DNA of 64,000 nucleotides from NCBI RefSeq assembly GCF_009914755.1, contig NC_060935.1. One strand, given 5' to 3'. The notes under the pieces were generated by a model. The model did no database searches, was not told the DNA's origin, and worked only from the letters and a program-made list of their open reading frames with translations. Shown in pieces: positions 52,650 to 64,000 of the stretch; the first letter of the stretch is position 1; each line of letters starts with the position of its first letter. The translations under genes and the position numbers were made by a program. This DNA is from the human T2T-CHM13v2.0 reference genome, Homo sapiens.

Positions 52650-53170
52650 ACAGACAAATTATGAGAGTATGTTGCTACATTTGTCTAACTGTATTTTTGT
52701 TTTGTTCTCGCTTTTGAATGATGCTTAGTTGGGTGTAGAATTGATAGGTTTATGATTATTTTCACTTAGTACTTTGCAGATATCATTTCATTATCTTTTG
52801 ACATCTATTATGGCTAATGAAAAGTCTGCTTGTCTTTATTTTATAGTTATTCTTTCTGTTTCTCTGATTACCTTTAAGATTTTTCTGTCATTCATATTTA
52901 ATTGTGATGTGCTTGGTTGTGACTTTGTTTTTATTTGTCCTTCGTGAAACAGAATGAGCTTCTTTAATATTTCTATATTCCTGAAAATATCAGACTTTAT
53001 TTCTAGCCATACTTTTTTCCTCCCATTCTCTCTACTCCTTTGCAACACTTAGTTTCTTGTATTTCCCACGTCTTTCTATCTCTGTGTTATAATCTAGGTA
53101 AGATACTGTACTGGTTCACTCTTAAGGTATATCTAATCTGCTGTGTAACCCATTTGTTAATTTTTTTAAT
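52650..53170 (-). mobile_element. L1ME-type fragment
   Basis: gggtgtagaattgataggtt...aaagtctgct...cctttaagatttttct antisense ORF1-like motifs. Confidence 0.55.
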
Positions 53171-53532
53171 TGACACAGTTCCACTCATAGAATAGACTCC
53201 TCCCAGGATTGTAATTGTTTATGTAGTGCTTCAAAGAACAGATAGTTCTTGAAATTAGCTATAACTGATTATAAGTTTCTTATTCTCCTTTAAAATCATT
53301 CAGTTATCTTATATGAGCCGGATGCACCCTATAATTTGTCTTTTTTAGTAATTTTTTGTTGACAGGGCTTTTTTAATGACAGTTATTATGGTATATCACC
53401 AAAGCATGATAACGTTTAGTTTCCCCAAATCTCCAGGGGCAAGAAACCACTCTCTTTCCCCACTGTTTACCATATGTGAGGCTGCATTGAAACTTCTTCA
53501 TCACTAAAGTGTCTCCCCTTAGCAGGTTCATC

Positions 53533-53568
53533 AGATAGAAAGAAAGATTAGATAGATAGGTAGGTAGG

Positions 53569-53615
<47 letters not shown>

Positions 53616-53707
53616 GCAGGCAGGCATGGATGGCAAGATGGATAGCCATTCTATCAATCAACCAATAGATAGATTGATCGTAGGTAGATCAATAGATACA
53701 TAGATAG
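53533..53707. repeat. Compound tetranucleotide STR: (GGTA)n, (GATA)11 core at 53571-53614, (GGCA)n and a degenerate tail
   Basis: Directly visible. Confidence 0.95.
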
Positions 53708-55029
53708 ATGGCTCTGGCTCAGACTTATGTTTCCAAGCTGTACTCCCTCATTTGTAGTGGCCTGCTCTGTATGTCTGCCGAAATTTCATGTCAATACTTT
53801 AATCTCAAAATGTATAATGTTGAAATTTTCATTATCTTCTCCACCAAAATCGTCTTCTCTTCCTGGCGTTGTTGTCCTTACAGTAATATCTGGCTTCCAT
53901 TTGGTTGCTGCCAACTACCTGGCTGATCACACAAATCTCGCTTTTGACTCGTCACAAATCTCACTTTTGACACCCCACCACTGTTGACTGACAAACCTCC
54001 TCTTTAAACTGTTCTTGGTTCCCAGCTAACTTGTTTTTTCTCTTGGTCTATACCTGCCCAACTGTGACTAACTCTAGTCCTAACCAACTTCTACTTCATC
54101 TCTTACTATTTAGTGCCTAATCCTATTACCTTTCATCTTTACTAACATGGGTACCTTTCACTTTGCATTTTTAATTATTACCATTGAGTAGTATTCTTTT
54201 GCATTGCTTTGGGGATCTTGGAGCATACCCCGCAACCCATGGTCCAGATTTTTATCACCATCCTCTAGCCAAGTCCAGTTTCCCTAAGTCTGATTTCTCT
54301 TTTGCCAATAATTGACTGTTACTCAAGACAAATAACTTTTTCTCTCTGGTTCTCGTTTATTTTCTTTCTTGTAAGGGGTAAGTGTATTATTAGACCATTC
54401 AATCTCCTGCGTTTTATGATGCTACAACAGCATTTTCCTAGTCTCTGGGATGGAAACTTCAGAGATATCCCTGGGTCATTTTTTTCTGTGCCCCCCACAC
54501 ACAATTTTTCATTTGATCACTTAAATTCTGTCCTGATGGTGGCTCTTAATTCAGTCATCTCTTGTAAATATCCACCATTACCATTGTTCATCTGTTATTT
54601 AGACTATTACAATAGACTTCTTAGAGGCCTACCCACGTCTACTTTTTCCACTCAGATCCATCTGCATTACACATATTTTGGAGTTTCTACCCAACCCATA
54701 TCTTCTTCCCATTGAATTTAATAGACCCCCCCATCAACTACTGACACCTGGTAAAGAAACCTAGGCACCTATGTTTATACCACTTTACTCCAGAAGCAAC
54801 TAATTGGAGAGTCATGTAAATTAAATACTTCTCTCAAAATGTGAGCCAGGAAACTTAGAAACTATAAGTAGATGGTACTGGAAATATAGATTTGGGGACA
54901 GAATTGCCTCATTGTCAATCCAAAGCAAGGGGAAAGTCAGAGTTAGGAAAACTGGGAACCAAGAGCAGAATGAAGGCAATTAGTTTGAGGAAAGAATGAA
55001 TGTCTAGAAAATGGAGGAAATGTTCAGAG

Positions 55030-55031
<2 letters not shown>

Positions 55032-55067
<36 letters not shown>

Positions 55068-55070
55068 GCA
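55032..55070. repeat. (CA)n microsatellite
   Basis: Directly visible. Confidence 0.95.
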
Positions 55071-55564
55071 CCCATGAATATATAACCAAACCCAGGCGTG
55101 CAAAGAATGCTTGTCTGATTGCTTCTCAATTCCCTAAAGGCCTAGTAATATTTCCTGCAGTTGGCTTTCTGTGATTCCTATACCTCCTTTTAATAATTTT
55201 TTAGAATCTTAATGAATGGGCTTTATTCCATTCCTTAATATCCAACCAATTCCCTAAGATATCACAGCTTTACTAATTACATCATTTACTTGCTCAAAAC
55301 ATGCAGTGACTCCAGTTACGGATACATTTGATCCCAGACTCCTGAGCTTGATTTTTGAAGGCCTATTTTCTAGTCTGAGCTATTCTTTTTTCATATTTTC
55401 TGATATTATTCTACATTCTGGCTTAACTGTTCTGTCCGTTTCCCCTAAACATGTCTTACATTGTATTTCATGTATCTTTGATTGTGATATATCTTCCACC
55501 TGGAAAAAAATCTCTTTCCGTCTCCACCAGTTGAAATATTTTCATCTTTAAGACCTAGCTTAAA

Positions 55565-55637
55565 TGCTGCTGCTGCTGCTGCTGCTGCTGGTGGTGGTGG
55601 TGGTGGTGGTGGTGGTGGTGGTGGTGGTGGTGGTGGT

Positions 55638-55702
<65 letters not shown>
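55565..55702. repeat. Compound STR (TGC)8(TGG)17 G (TG)21(AG)10
   Basis: Counted directly from the sequence. Confidence 0.97.
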
Positions 55703-56269
55703 GAAGAGAGATTCCATCCATTATTTCCCAAGTTGGGCATGGTCTTTGATTTAAACTAGCACAGCAGTTTGTTCATCTTTTATCTTCCTCTTGGCAATGT
55801 GGCATGGCAGGCTTTATACAGTCAGAAAGAGCAGCAATTAAATCATTGTTTTGCTACTTAATGGTTATGTGACTTTGGAAAGTTATTTAATCCTTTCTCT
55901 TTCTCAGTGAGAGAAACAGGCAATAAATATTCAAATCATTCAAATAAATGTGTAATTATCAATTTTGGAAATGTCATGAACAAGTAGTACAGGGAGAAAT
56001 TCCTGTGAGAAATTCATACTCACTTTCAAGATTCAGTTCATATATTATTACTTTAGATCGTGCCCTGAATGTTTCCTTCTTGCCATCCTCCTGAAGTTGC
56101 TTACTTTTTCATTATGTGTTCATATGCCTAACTAGCATTTGCTTCATTATACTTTGTCTACCTTATGAACTGTGTGAGCTCTTCAAGGATAGAGCAACCA
56201 TATGTAATTTACTTGAATACTTTACATCTCTTAGAACATGTGTTAAAGGAATCAATAGACTGCCCTAAA

Positions 56270-56440
56270 AAAGCAAGAATGGTTGAGTCACATAGATTTG
56301 AGCTGACTCTGTAATTTACTAGCTTTGTAAATTTATCTTCTCTGAATCTATTTCTTCATCTGCAAAATATGGGTAGTAATAGCTACCTCAAATGATTCTT
56401 GGATAACTAAATCAGATAACATATTTTAGATGTCTAGAGA
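56270..56440 (+). mobile_element. MIR
   Basis: atttactagctttgtaa...tttcttcatctgcaaaatatgggtagtaatagctacctca. Confidence 0.65.
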
Positions 56441-57255
56441 TATGTTTATTTTTAACCTTTGTTGAATGAAACGTAAGTATGAGTGAGTTAGTGGGTAATT
56501 GAGTGAGTTGGACAGTGCTATACAAATTTCATTAATGGATTCATCAGAAAAGACAGACTTCCTATACCAGTAGCAGCTACATTGCTCTTTGAAGGGATGG
56601 CTAAGATGTCAGCAGGTAGAGATATCAGTGGCAGTCAAGGGACTGGGAACCTAAAGCTTAAGAAGCAATGTAAGAAAGCTGAGACAGAGGAAAGCATTCC
56701 TTTTTTTTGTTGAAGTTGTTATTCCCAGCTGCTACTTTATCCTCCCCACCCTTTTCTTCATCACATTGAAGAACTCTTAGGATAGGCGGCCAACTCATTT
56801 CAGGTACACCAGTAGCTCATTAGCCAGGTGACATGTTAGACCTCACATAATAAGCTGTAAGCTTGGAATTTGACAAGATAATGTGTTTTATTATTAATTA
56901 TAATTTAAGTTATGATTGTTGAATGGAGATTTCTGTTGCCCAATTATTGTTATTCATTAAACTGTTTTAGAGACAGCATATATATAACAATGATATTGAA
57001 GCTACTACATTTGCTTCCTAAAAAGAAGAAAAAATGTTGACAGTTATGCATAGTCTCCTGGAAAACATTAGTCTAGAGCCCTTTGGGCTTCAGCTGTCTA
57101 TCTCAGAAGTTGTAGCTGTGAATGATAATCTACCAAGTAGGACATAAAAGTTGTTGACTTCGTCTGTATACTCCTTTGATGAAAAATGGACTTTTCCATC
57201 AAACTACCAAGCCAATATGCTGTATTGTTTTATTTCTTTGTTCTTTTTTTCTTGT

Positions 57256-57642
57256 TGTGTTAGTCAATTTTGTGCTGCTATAACAGAATACCTGATGCTG
57301 GATAATTTATAATCAACAGAAATGTATTTGGTTCATGGTTCTGGAGGCTGAGAAGTCCAAAATCAAAGAGCAGCATCTAGTGAGTGCCTTCTCGCTATGT
57401 CATCTCATGGCAGAAAGGCAGAAGGTCAAAAGAGCATGCATGCAGGAGAGGAAAGGGGGCCCAACTCATCCTCTTCTCAGGAGTTCACTTCCTCAAAAAC
57501 TAACCCACTCCTGAGATGGTAGCATTCATGAGGACAGTCTCATGACCTGATCATCTCTTAAAGGTTTCATCTCTCAATACTGTTAACATTGGGCATTAAG
57601 TTTCAACACATGAACTTTGGGGAACACATTCCCACCATAGGA
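57256..57642 (-). mobile_element. MaLR solo LTR (MSTC/MSTD/MLT1A-like)
   Basis: tgtgttagtc...gctgctataacagaatacctga...ggttctggaggctgagaagtcc...accatagga; perfect TSD cttgt at 57251-57255 and 57643-57647. Confidence 0.88.
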
Positions 57643-57729
57643 CTTGTTTTTTTTTTTTCTTTCTTTTTAAGCCCTGTCACTCTCGTATTATTAGTCAGAG
57701 TTCATGTCTCTGTTTTCTATTGTATCACT

Positions 57730-57950
57730 GAGTAATAGAAAAATAAGTTAGTTTTGGAGTTATACAAAAACCTAGGTTCAGATTCCATCTCTACCATTTA
57801 CTAGCTTTGTGAACTTGAACAAATGACATGACTATTCTAAGCCTCTCTAAAATAGGATAATGGTTTCTAATTTATAAGATTATTGTAATGATTAGAAATT
57901 ACCTTTTAAAACTACCTATGCTAGTTCTGGGCACATGATAGGTACTTGAC
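57730..57950 (+). mobile_element. MIR
   Basis: cctaggttcagattcc...atttactagctttgtgaacttg...gggcacatgataggtac. Confidence 0.7.
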
Positions 57951-59363
57951 AAAAGAAAAACAATATAAGAATTTACCTTGTCTAATTGTTGATAAAATCT
58001 ACATCACAAACACATGCAAAAATAATTAAAACTCATGATCATTGAGATCATGAATTCATAATCATAAAGATCATGAATTCATAAATATGAATTCATTATT
58101 AATAATCAATGATTAATGAATTTATGATTCAGTAATTAAAATTCAAGTTTATAAAGTACAGGATTTTTATTTTTCTATTATAAAAGTATCTTTGTTTATA
58201 TGTCATGGAAAATTGTTAGGAAATTAAAAAAAACTTAAAAACCTGTAATACCATTGTACAACTATAACATAAATATGCTATCGCATGTTAATTTTATCTC
58301 TTTATTTATTCTCACATTTGTTGTGTTGGAGTGATTGGATGTATATAGTTTTGGATTTTTTTACTTACTATTTTATTATATTACTTAAATTTTATGCCAA
58401 TATACTAGATATCAGTAGAGATACCATAATTTATTAACTTACTTATCATTAGATAGTTGGCCTCCAAGTGGGAGCTATTATTAAAAGCTATATAATAAAT
58501 AATTTGGGCATATTTAAGGGATTTTTTTTGGAAGGTGGATATTTTCTAAGCTAAAGTCTCAAAGTGAGATTAATAGCACATATATGCCTTTAGCCCTTGA
58601 AACATGCTTTTCAAAATGTATACATGTCCTTCTAGAAACCAAAAGCCTTTACTGGGCACTATTTCTACAGCAATTTAGTGGTATAGAGCAGGTAGGAAAA
58701 TAAAAGTTGGAGGAGGAAGTTCAGTATTGAATTTGGATGTGAGTGAAAAAAGATATCTATAATTTATGATTTAATTAAAATCCATTTGCTATTGGACATC
58801 AGAGAATTGTATATGTAATCTTTAATTCAGTCAGTCTGTTGGTCTTTCAACAAGCCTGTTTTGAGAAAAATGATGAAAACACATGACCTCTACCTTCTGG
58901 AAGCTTATATGTCAGTAGGAAAGATAAATATTTTTTGAAGAACATTTGTAATACAGTTGAGAAGTGTTCTATTGCAGGTAACTATGCTACAGGAAGGCAT
59001 GCAACTTTATCTTCGAGTGCAAGGATTGATTATGAGTATGTGCTGATCTCAAGAAAAAGGCAGCACTGTTAATCATCTGTGTGTTACCATCTTCCAACTC
59101 TGGGAAGTGCATATGGCCCAATTCTGGGATCAATAATGCATGCCCTGTAGAATATTCATAAAGGGTTCAAATAAAGTATTTTGTAATGGGTCTCAAATAT
59201 GCTAGAACCTCCTGCTTAGACTTCTGTATGTGGCAAATGGGCCTCAATCACTCGTGAAATATCCAGTAATTAAATATAAAGGTGACCACCTAAATAGGTA
59301 ATGGGAATCATGATTCAATTTCAGGTATCCCATCTATGCTGAGCAAATGAAGACATAGGTAGT

Positions 59364-61667
59364 TGGTATGGTTTGGCTCTGTGTCCCCACTCAAATCTCA
59401 TCTTGTAGGTCCCATAATTCCCATGTATTGTGGGAGGGAACCCAGTGGGAGATGATTGAATTATGGGGGCAGGTCTTTTCCATGCTGTTCTCCTGATAGT
59501 GAATGGGTCTCACAAGATCTGATGGTTTTAAAAAACGGGAGATGCCCTGCACAAGCTCTCATTTTGCCTGCTGCAATCCATGTAAAATGTGACTTGCTCC
59601 TCATTGCCTTCTACTATGATTGTGAGGCTTCCGCAGCCATGTGGAACTGTAAGTCCAATTAAACCTCTTTCTTCTGTAATTGGCCCAGTCTCAGGTATGC
59701 CTTTATCTGCAGCATGAAAATGGACTAATACAATAAATTGGTACTGGGATTGGGGCATTGCTGAAAAGATACCCAAAAATGTGGAAGCAACTTTGGAACT
59801 AGGTAAACAGGCAGAGGTTGGAACAGTTTGGAGAGCTCAGAAGAAGACAGGAAAATGTGGGAAAGTTTGGAACTTCCTAGAGCCTTGCTGAATGGCTTTG
59901 CCCAAAACGCTGATTGAGATATGGATAATAAAGTCCAGGCCAATGTGGTCTCAGTTGGAAATGAGGAACTTGTTGGGAACTGGAGCAAAGGTGACTCTGT
60001 TATGATTTAGCAAAGAGACTGGCAGCGTTTTGCCCCTGTCCTAGAGATTTGTGGAACTTCAAACTTGAGAGAGATGATTTAGCGTACCTGGGGGAAGAAA
60101 TTTCTAAGCAGCAAAGCATTCAAGAGGTGGCTTGGGTGCTGTTAAAGGCATTCAGTTTTATAAGAGAAGCAGAGCATAAAAGTTTGGATAATTTGCAGCC
60201 TGACAATGTGATAGAAAAGAAATCCCATTTTCTGAGGAGAAATCCAAGCTGACTGCAGAAATTTGCATAAGTAAGGAGAAGCCAATCCCCAAGACAATGG
60301 GGAAAATGTCTCCAGGGCATGTCAGAGGTCTTCACAGCAGCCCCTTCCATCACTGGCCTAGAAGCCTAGGAGGAAAAGATGGATTCATGGGCCAGGCCCA
60401 AGGCCCCCCTGTTCTGTGCAGCCTAGGGACTTGGTACCCTGCGTTCCAGCCACTCTAGCCATGGCTGAAAGAGGCCAAGTTACAGCTCAGGCTGTTGCTT
60501 CAGGGGGTGGAAGTCCCAAGCTTTGGCAGCTTCTATGTGGTGTTGAGCCTGTGGGTGCACAGAAGTCAAGAATTGGGGTTTGGGAACCTCTGCCTAGATT
60601 TCAGAAGATGTATGGAAACACCTGCATGCCCAGGCAGATGTTTGCTGCAGGGCTTGGGCCCTCATGGAGAACGTCTGCTAGAGCAGTGTGGCAGAGAAAT
60701 GTGGGACCCCCACACAGAGTTCCCACTGAGGCACCACTTAGTTCAGCTTTGAGAAGAGGGCCACCATCCTCCAGACCGCAGAATGGTAGATCCACCCAAC
60801 AGCTTGCATCATGCACCTTGAAAAGCCACAGATGCTCAGCAGTAGCCTGTGAAAGCAGCCAGGAGCAGGGCTATACCCTGCAAAGCCACAGGAGTGGAGC
60901 TGCCAAAGACCATGAGAACCCACCTCTTGCATCAGTGTGACCTGGATGTGAGACGTGGATTCAAAGGAGATCATTTTGGAGCTTTAACATTTGACTGCCC
61001 TACTGGATTTCGGATTTTCATGGGGCCTGTAGCCCGTTTGTTTAGGCCAATTTCTTCCATTTGGAATTGCTGTATTTACCTATTGCCTATACTCCCATTG
61101 CAACTAGGAAATAACTAACTTGCTTTTGATTTTACAGTCTCATAAACAGAAGGGACTTAACTTGCCTTGTCTCAGATGAGACATTGGACTGCAGACTTTT
61201 GAGTTACTGCTGAAATAAGTTAAGAGTTTGGGGGACTGTTGGGAAGGCATGATTGGTTTTGAAATGTGAAGATAGGATATTTGGGAGGGGCCAGGGTGGA
61301 ATGACATGGTTTGGCTCTGTGTCCCCACCCAAATCTCATTTAATAACTCACATAATTCAATGTGTTGTGGGAAGGACCTGGTGGAAGATGACTGAATTAT
61401 GGGGGTGGGTCTTTCCCGTTTGTTCTCCTGATAGTGAGTGGATCTCATGAGATCTGATGGTTTTATAAAACAAGAATTGCCCTGCACGAGCTCTCATTTT
61501 GCCTGCTGCAATGCATGTAAGACGTGACTTACTCCTTCTTGCCTTCCACCATGATTGTGAAGCTTCCTCAGCCAAGTGGAACTGTAAGTCCAATTAAACC
61601 TTTTGCTTTTGTAAATTGTGCAGACTCGGGTACGTCTTTATCAGCAGCGTGAAAATGGACTAATACA
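59364..61667 (+). mobile_element. Full-length THE1 (A-like) MaLR: 5'LTR 59364-59732, internal region 59733-61301, 3'LTR 61302-61667
   Basis: Two homologous LTRs (tg...actaataca), a THE1-int body, a purine tract before the 3'LTR, and perfect TSD gtagt at 59359-59363 and 61668-61672. Confidence 0.96.
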
Positions 61668-62721
61668 GTAGTATAGAATTAGTTTTATTGAAAAATAGTT
61701 ATGAAAAATTTCAGTTCTTTCCTTTAATTCTGGGCCATGTTTCTTATTTCATTTCAGCAGTTAATGTTCCTCATTACCTTTTTGTTCAAACTTATAACTT
61801 TATTTTTTTTCCCTATTGTATGAGGATTTGTAAATCTCAACCACCCATAGTGAGATCGTGTTGTCATCAGACTTAACCTGGTAGGAGTTGGGGATTAAAT
61901 GAGACTCTGAAGAAGTTTAAAAAGAACCTCACTGAGTAAAGCCAATTTTCTCCAGAACCATTCAAGTTCACAGATTTTAATTAACAGTTTGAAATTTGTA
62001 ATATTACTTGAATTTCAGATGGGTGAGAATTTAACACTATATTAAAGGAGCCCAGGCAAAAGGACATGGGTTGCGTCACCGAGACTTATTAAATGTGATG
62101 GAAATTCAACAGCCGAATGCTGGCAAACAGGTGCAAGAGCTGAATTAATATTTAAACCCTACCACTCAGGGGGAATTGCAGTGCATCACGTTGACAGCCA
62201 CAGCACGATGCTAATTTCATTCACAAGCTTAAAAATCTCAATACATTTAAACACGTGAATGTATTAAATTTTAAAAAGTGTAAGTAGCATAAGGGTATCC
62301 CAGAACTAAAAATTGCAATTTCTCTCTGGGACTTCAAATCATTTATCTAGCCAGAAGCATGGTGCTTTTTATGAATGAAGTATATCTTACTACTTTCACA
62401 TACAAATTGTGTTCTATTATTATATGTAGTGCAGACTGTTACTAAGCAAGATTTTCTCTTACTTTATGTGAAATTCTTTGTGAGTCATAAGAAAACCAAG
62501 GATTCACTGATAGAGTTTCCAGCTTCTGATATCATACATGAAACAGGGTTCTCAATCAATGCTTCCAGTGATGCTAAGTGGTAGAATATTTCTGGAGGTA
62601 AAGAAAAACAAAACTAAATACATACAGAAGTTTTTTTGGGGTGATATCATTAGAAGTGGTAAGTTGTAAGCTAAAAACTCAGCCAACTCCCAATTTGCGT
62701 TTACCAGAAATTTACCTACTG

Positions 62722-62830
62722 TGGGTCACTTGTTCATTTAAGAATTTGATGGAAGCAGCAGAGCATCTCCGCATAAAATTGCATGTACATGCAAAATCCT
62801 ATGAAGATTTCAGGGAGTTCATGAATTTCC
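62722..62830. mobile_element. Old hAT MITE fragment (MER103-like)
   Basis: aagaatttgatggaagc...aaattgcatgtacatgcaaaat...atttcagggagttcatga. Confidence 0.4.
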
Positions 62831-62914
62831 ACATTCCAAATATTGTTTATGATACGTCTTGATCTTTGTCTGGGACTGGAAGGGTATCCCTTATTGAGAG
62901 GACTTTTTTCTTTG

Positions 62915-63205
62915 CCACCTGCTGTGTACCAGGCCTTAAAATGGATTGGGGAAGTAAAGGAAAGTAAGAAAAGATCTCTGGACCCTTTACAGCCTAGTGG
63001 AGGTTGGTAGACAAGTAGTACAGAGGGGTAAATAATTTGATTTTATATATATATATATAAAATTGCAGAACTGCCTGGAGAAGACAGCACATTAGTGAGT
63101 ATTAATTGATGTAAAGTACAAGAAGAGGGAGGCATTCTAGGCCGAAGGAACGGTATGTGCAGAAGCACAGAAATGAGAACAAGAAGCACTATTCTTTCAT
63201 TGCTA
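62915..63205 (-). mobile_element. L2 remnant
   Basis: cacctgctgtgtaccagg...acagcctagtggagg...ggcattctaggccgaaggaacgg. Confidence 0.55.
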
Positions 63206-64000
63206 AAATACTGTGTAAGAAATGTATAACAACAAGTGTATTTTAAAAGTTAGTTTTCTCTATCAACATTTCTTAAGCTTTAAATAAAACAAAAATTATT
63301 GTTTTAGCTGGGCCTAATTTCCTAAGGTTTTAGCCATCTCAGCCTTTTATTACATTTGTATACAAGCTTGTTCTCCTCATCTTGCTTAACTGGAGAATAT
63401 TAAGCACTCATTTTTCAAATACAAAAACAACTGTAAAAGGCTCCCTTCCTAGTAAGTGAGTCAAGAAAAGCCCATATATACTGCATTGGATGAGTCTAGA
63501 TTCTTAATCAAACACATGTAATCAGTACCTGCCCAAAAATCTTGACAATGGCAGCAGTAGCAACTGATTCTTTTTTAAACCCACTATCAAGAAAGCAGAT
63601 GAAAAAGAGACAAATGTACAGTCAATAACCTGAGCTAACAATAAGTTATTTTCAATAGAACAAAAAGGACAAAAGCCAAAGGTATTCATTACCATTCCCA
63701 GGATAAGAGACCACAGCAGTTGCTGCCTTCACCAGATGTGCTGTCTTTAGGCCTGACAATGCACATCTCCCCAAGGGAAATGTAGGGAGAAAGCCAAACT
63801 CTTGCAACTCGATGCATAGTGATTTGGCTTCCATTAAAACATCTCTCAGTAAAAGCCTATTCAGGTTTAAAGATTCCACACTCATTTTCTCCCAGAAAAT
63901 GAGATCGTTGTATAAAATAGCAGACGTGGAATTAGAGCTTCTGGAAATCACTCTAAGCCATGTGATCTCATCTTGACTTCCTTAAATTCTGATCAGGAAA

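Noticed and set aside
55445-55740. Poly-His/poly-Gln and poly-Pro/poly-Ala ORFs on the minus strand
   Set aside because: Translations of the compound microsatellite with no gene context.
60416-60940. 174-aa ORF and neighbouring ORFs
   Set aside because: Broken remnants of the THE1 internal ORF; no evidence of a host gene.
62161-62176. CTCF-like ccactcaggggga
   Set aside because: One extra base in the core and no terminal GC; not a convincing match.

Overview
Primate, very likely human, genomic DNA: it contains an AluYa5, a subfamily that expanded mainly in humans. The window lies entirely inside METTL15, the mitochondrial 12S rRNA m4C methyltransferase (RsmH/MraW family), transcribed on the + strand. 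Two internal coding exons are present (34881-35072, 192 nt; 41428-41606, 179 nt). The rest is AT-rich intron packed with L1, Alu, L2, MIR, MaLR/ERVL LTRs (including a full-length THE1 with TSDs) and hAT MITEs. It also holds a tailless 7SK pseudogene, an RPS15A processed pseudogene and several micro/minisatellites. Almost all track ORFs are repeat-derived or spurious. I find no evidence of a genuinely new biological system. The best leads are RNA-processing hypotheses: (1) inverted L1s flank a phase-symmetric exon whose circle would have a stop-free ORF; (2) a weak-donor exon has an AG|GT start and a downstream RBFOX motif cluster; (3) a candidate TDP-43-repressed cryptic exon would encode poly-Ala/poly-Gly in frame; (4) a sense THE1 LTR carries a DUX4 motif and a splice donor. 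Repeat subfamilies are called by eye from remembered consensus features, and boundaries of old repeats are approximate.
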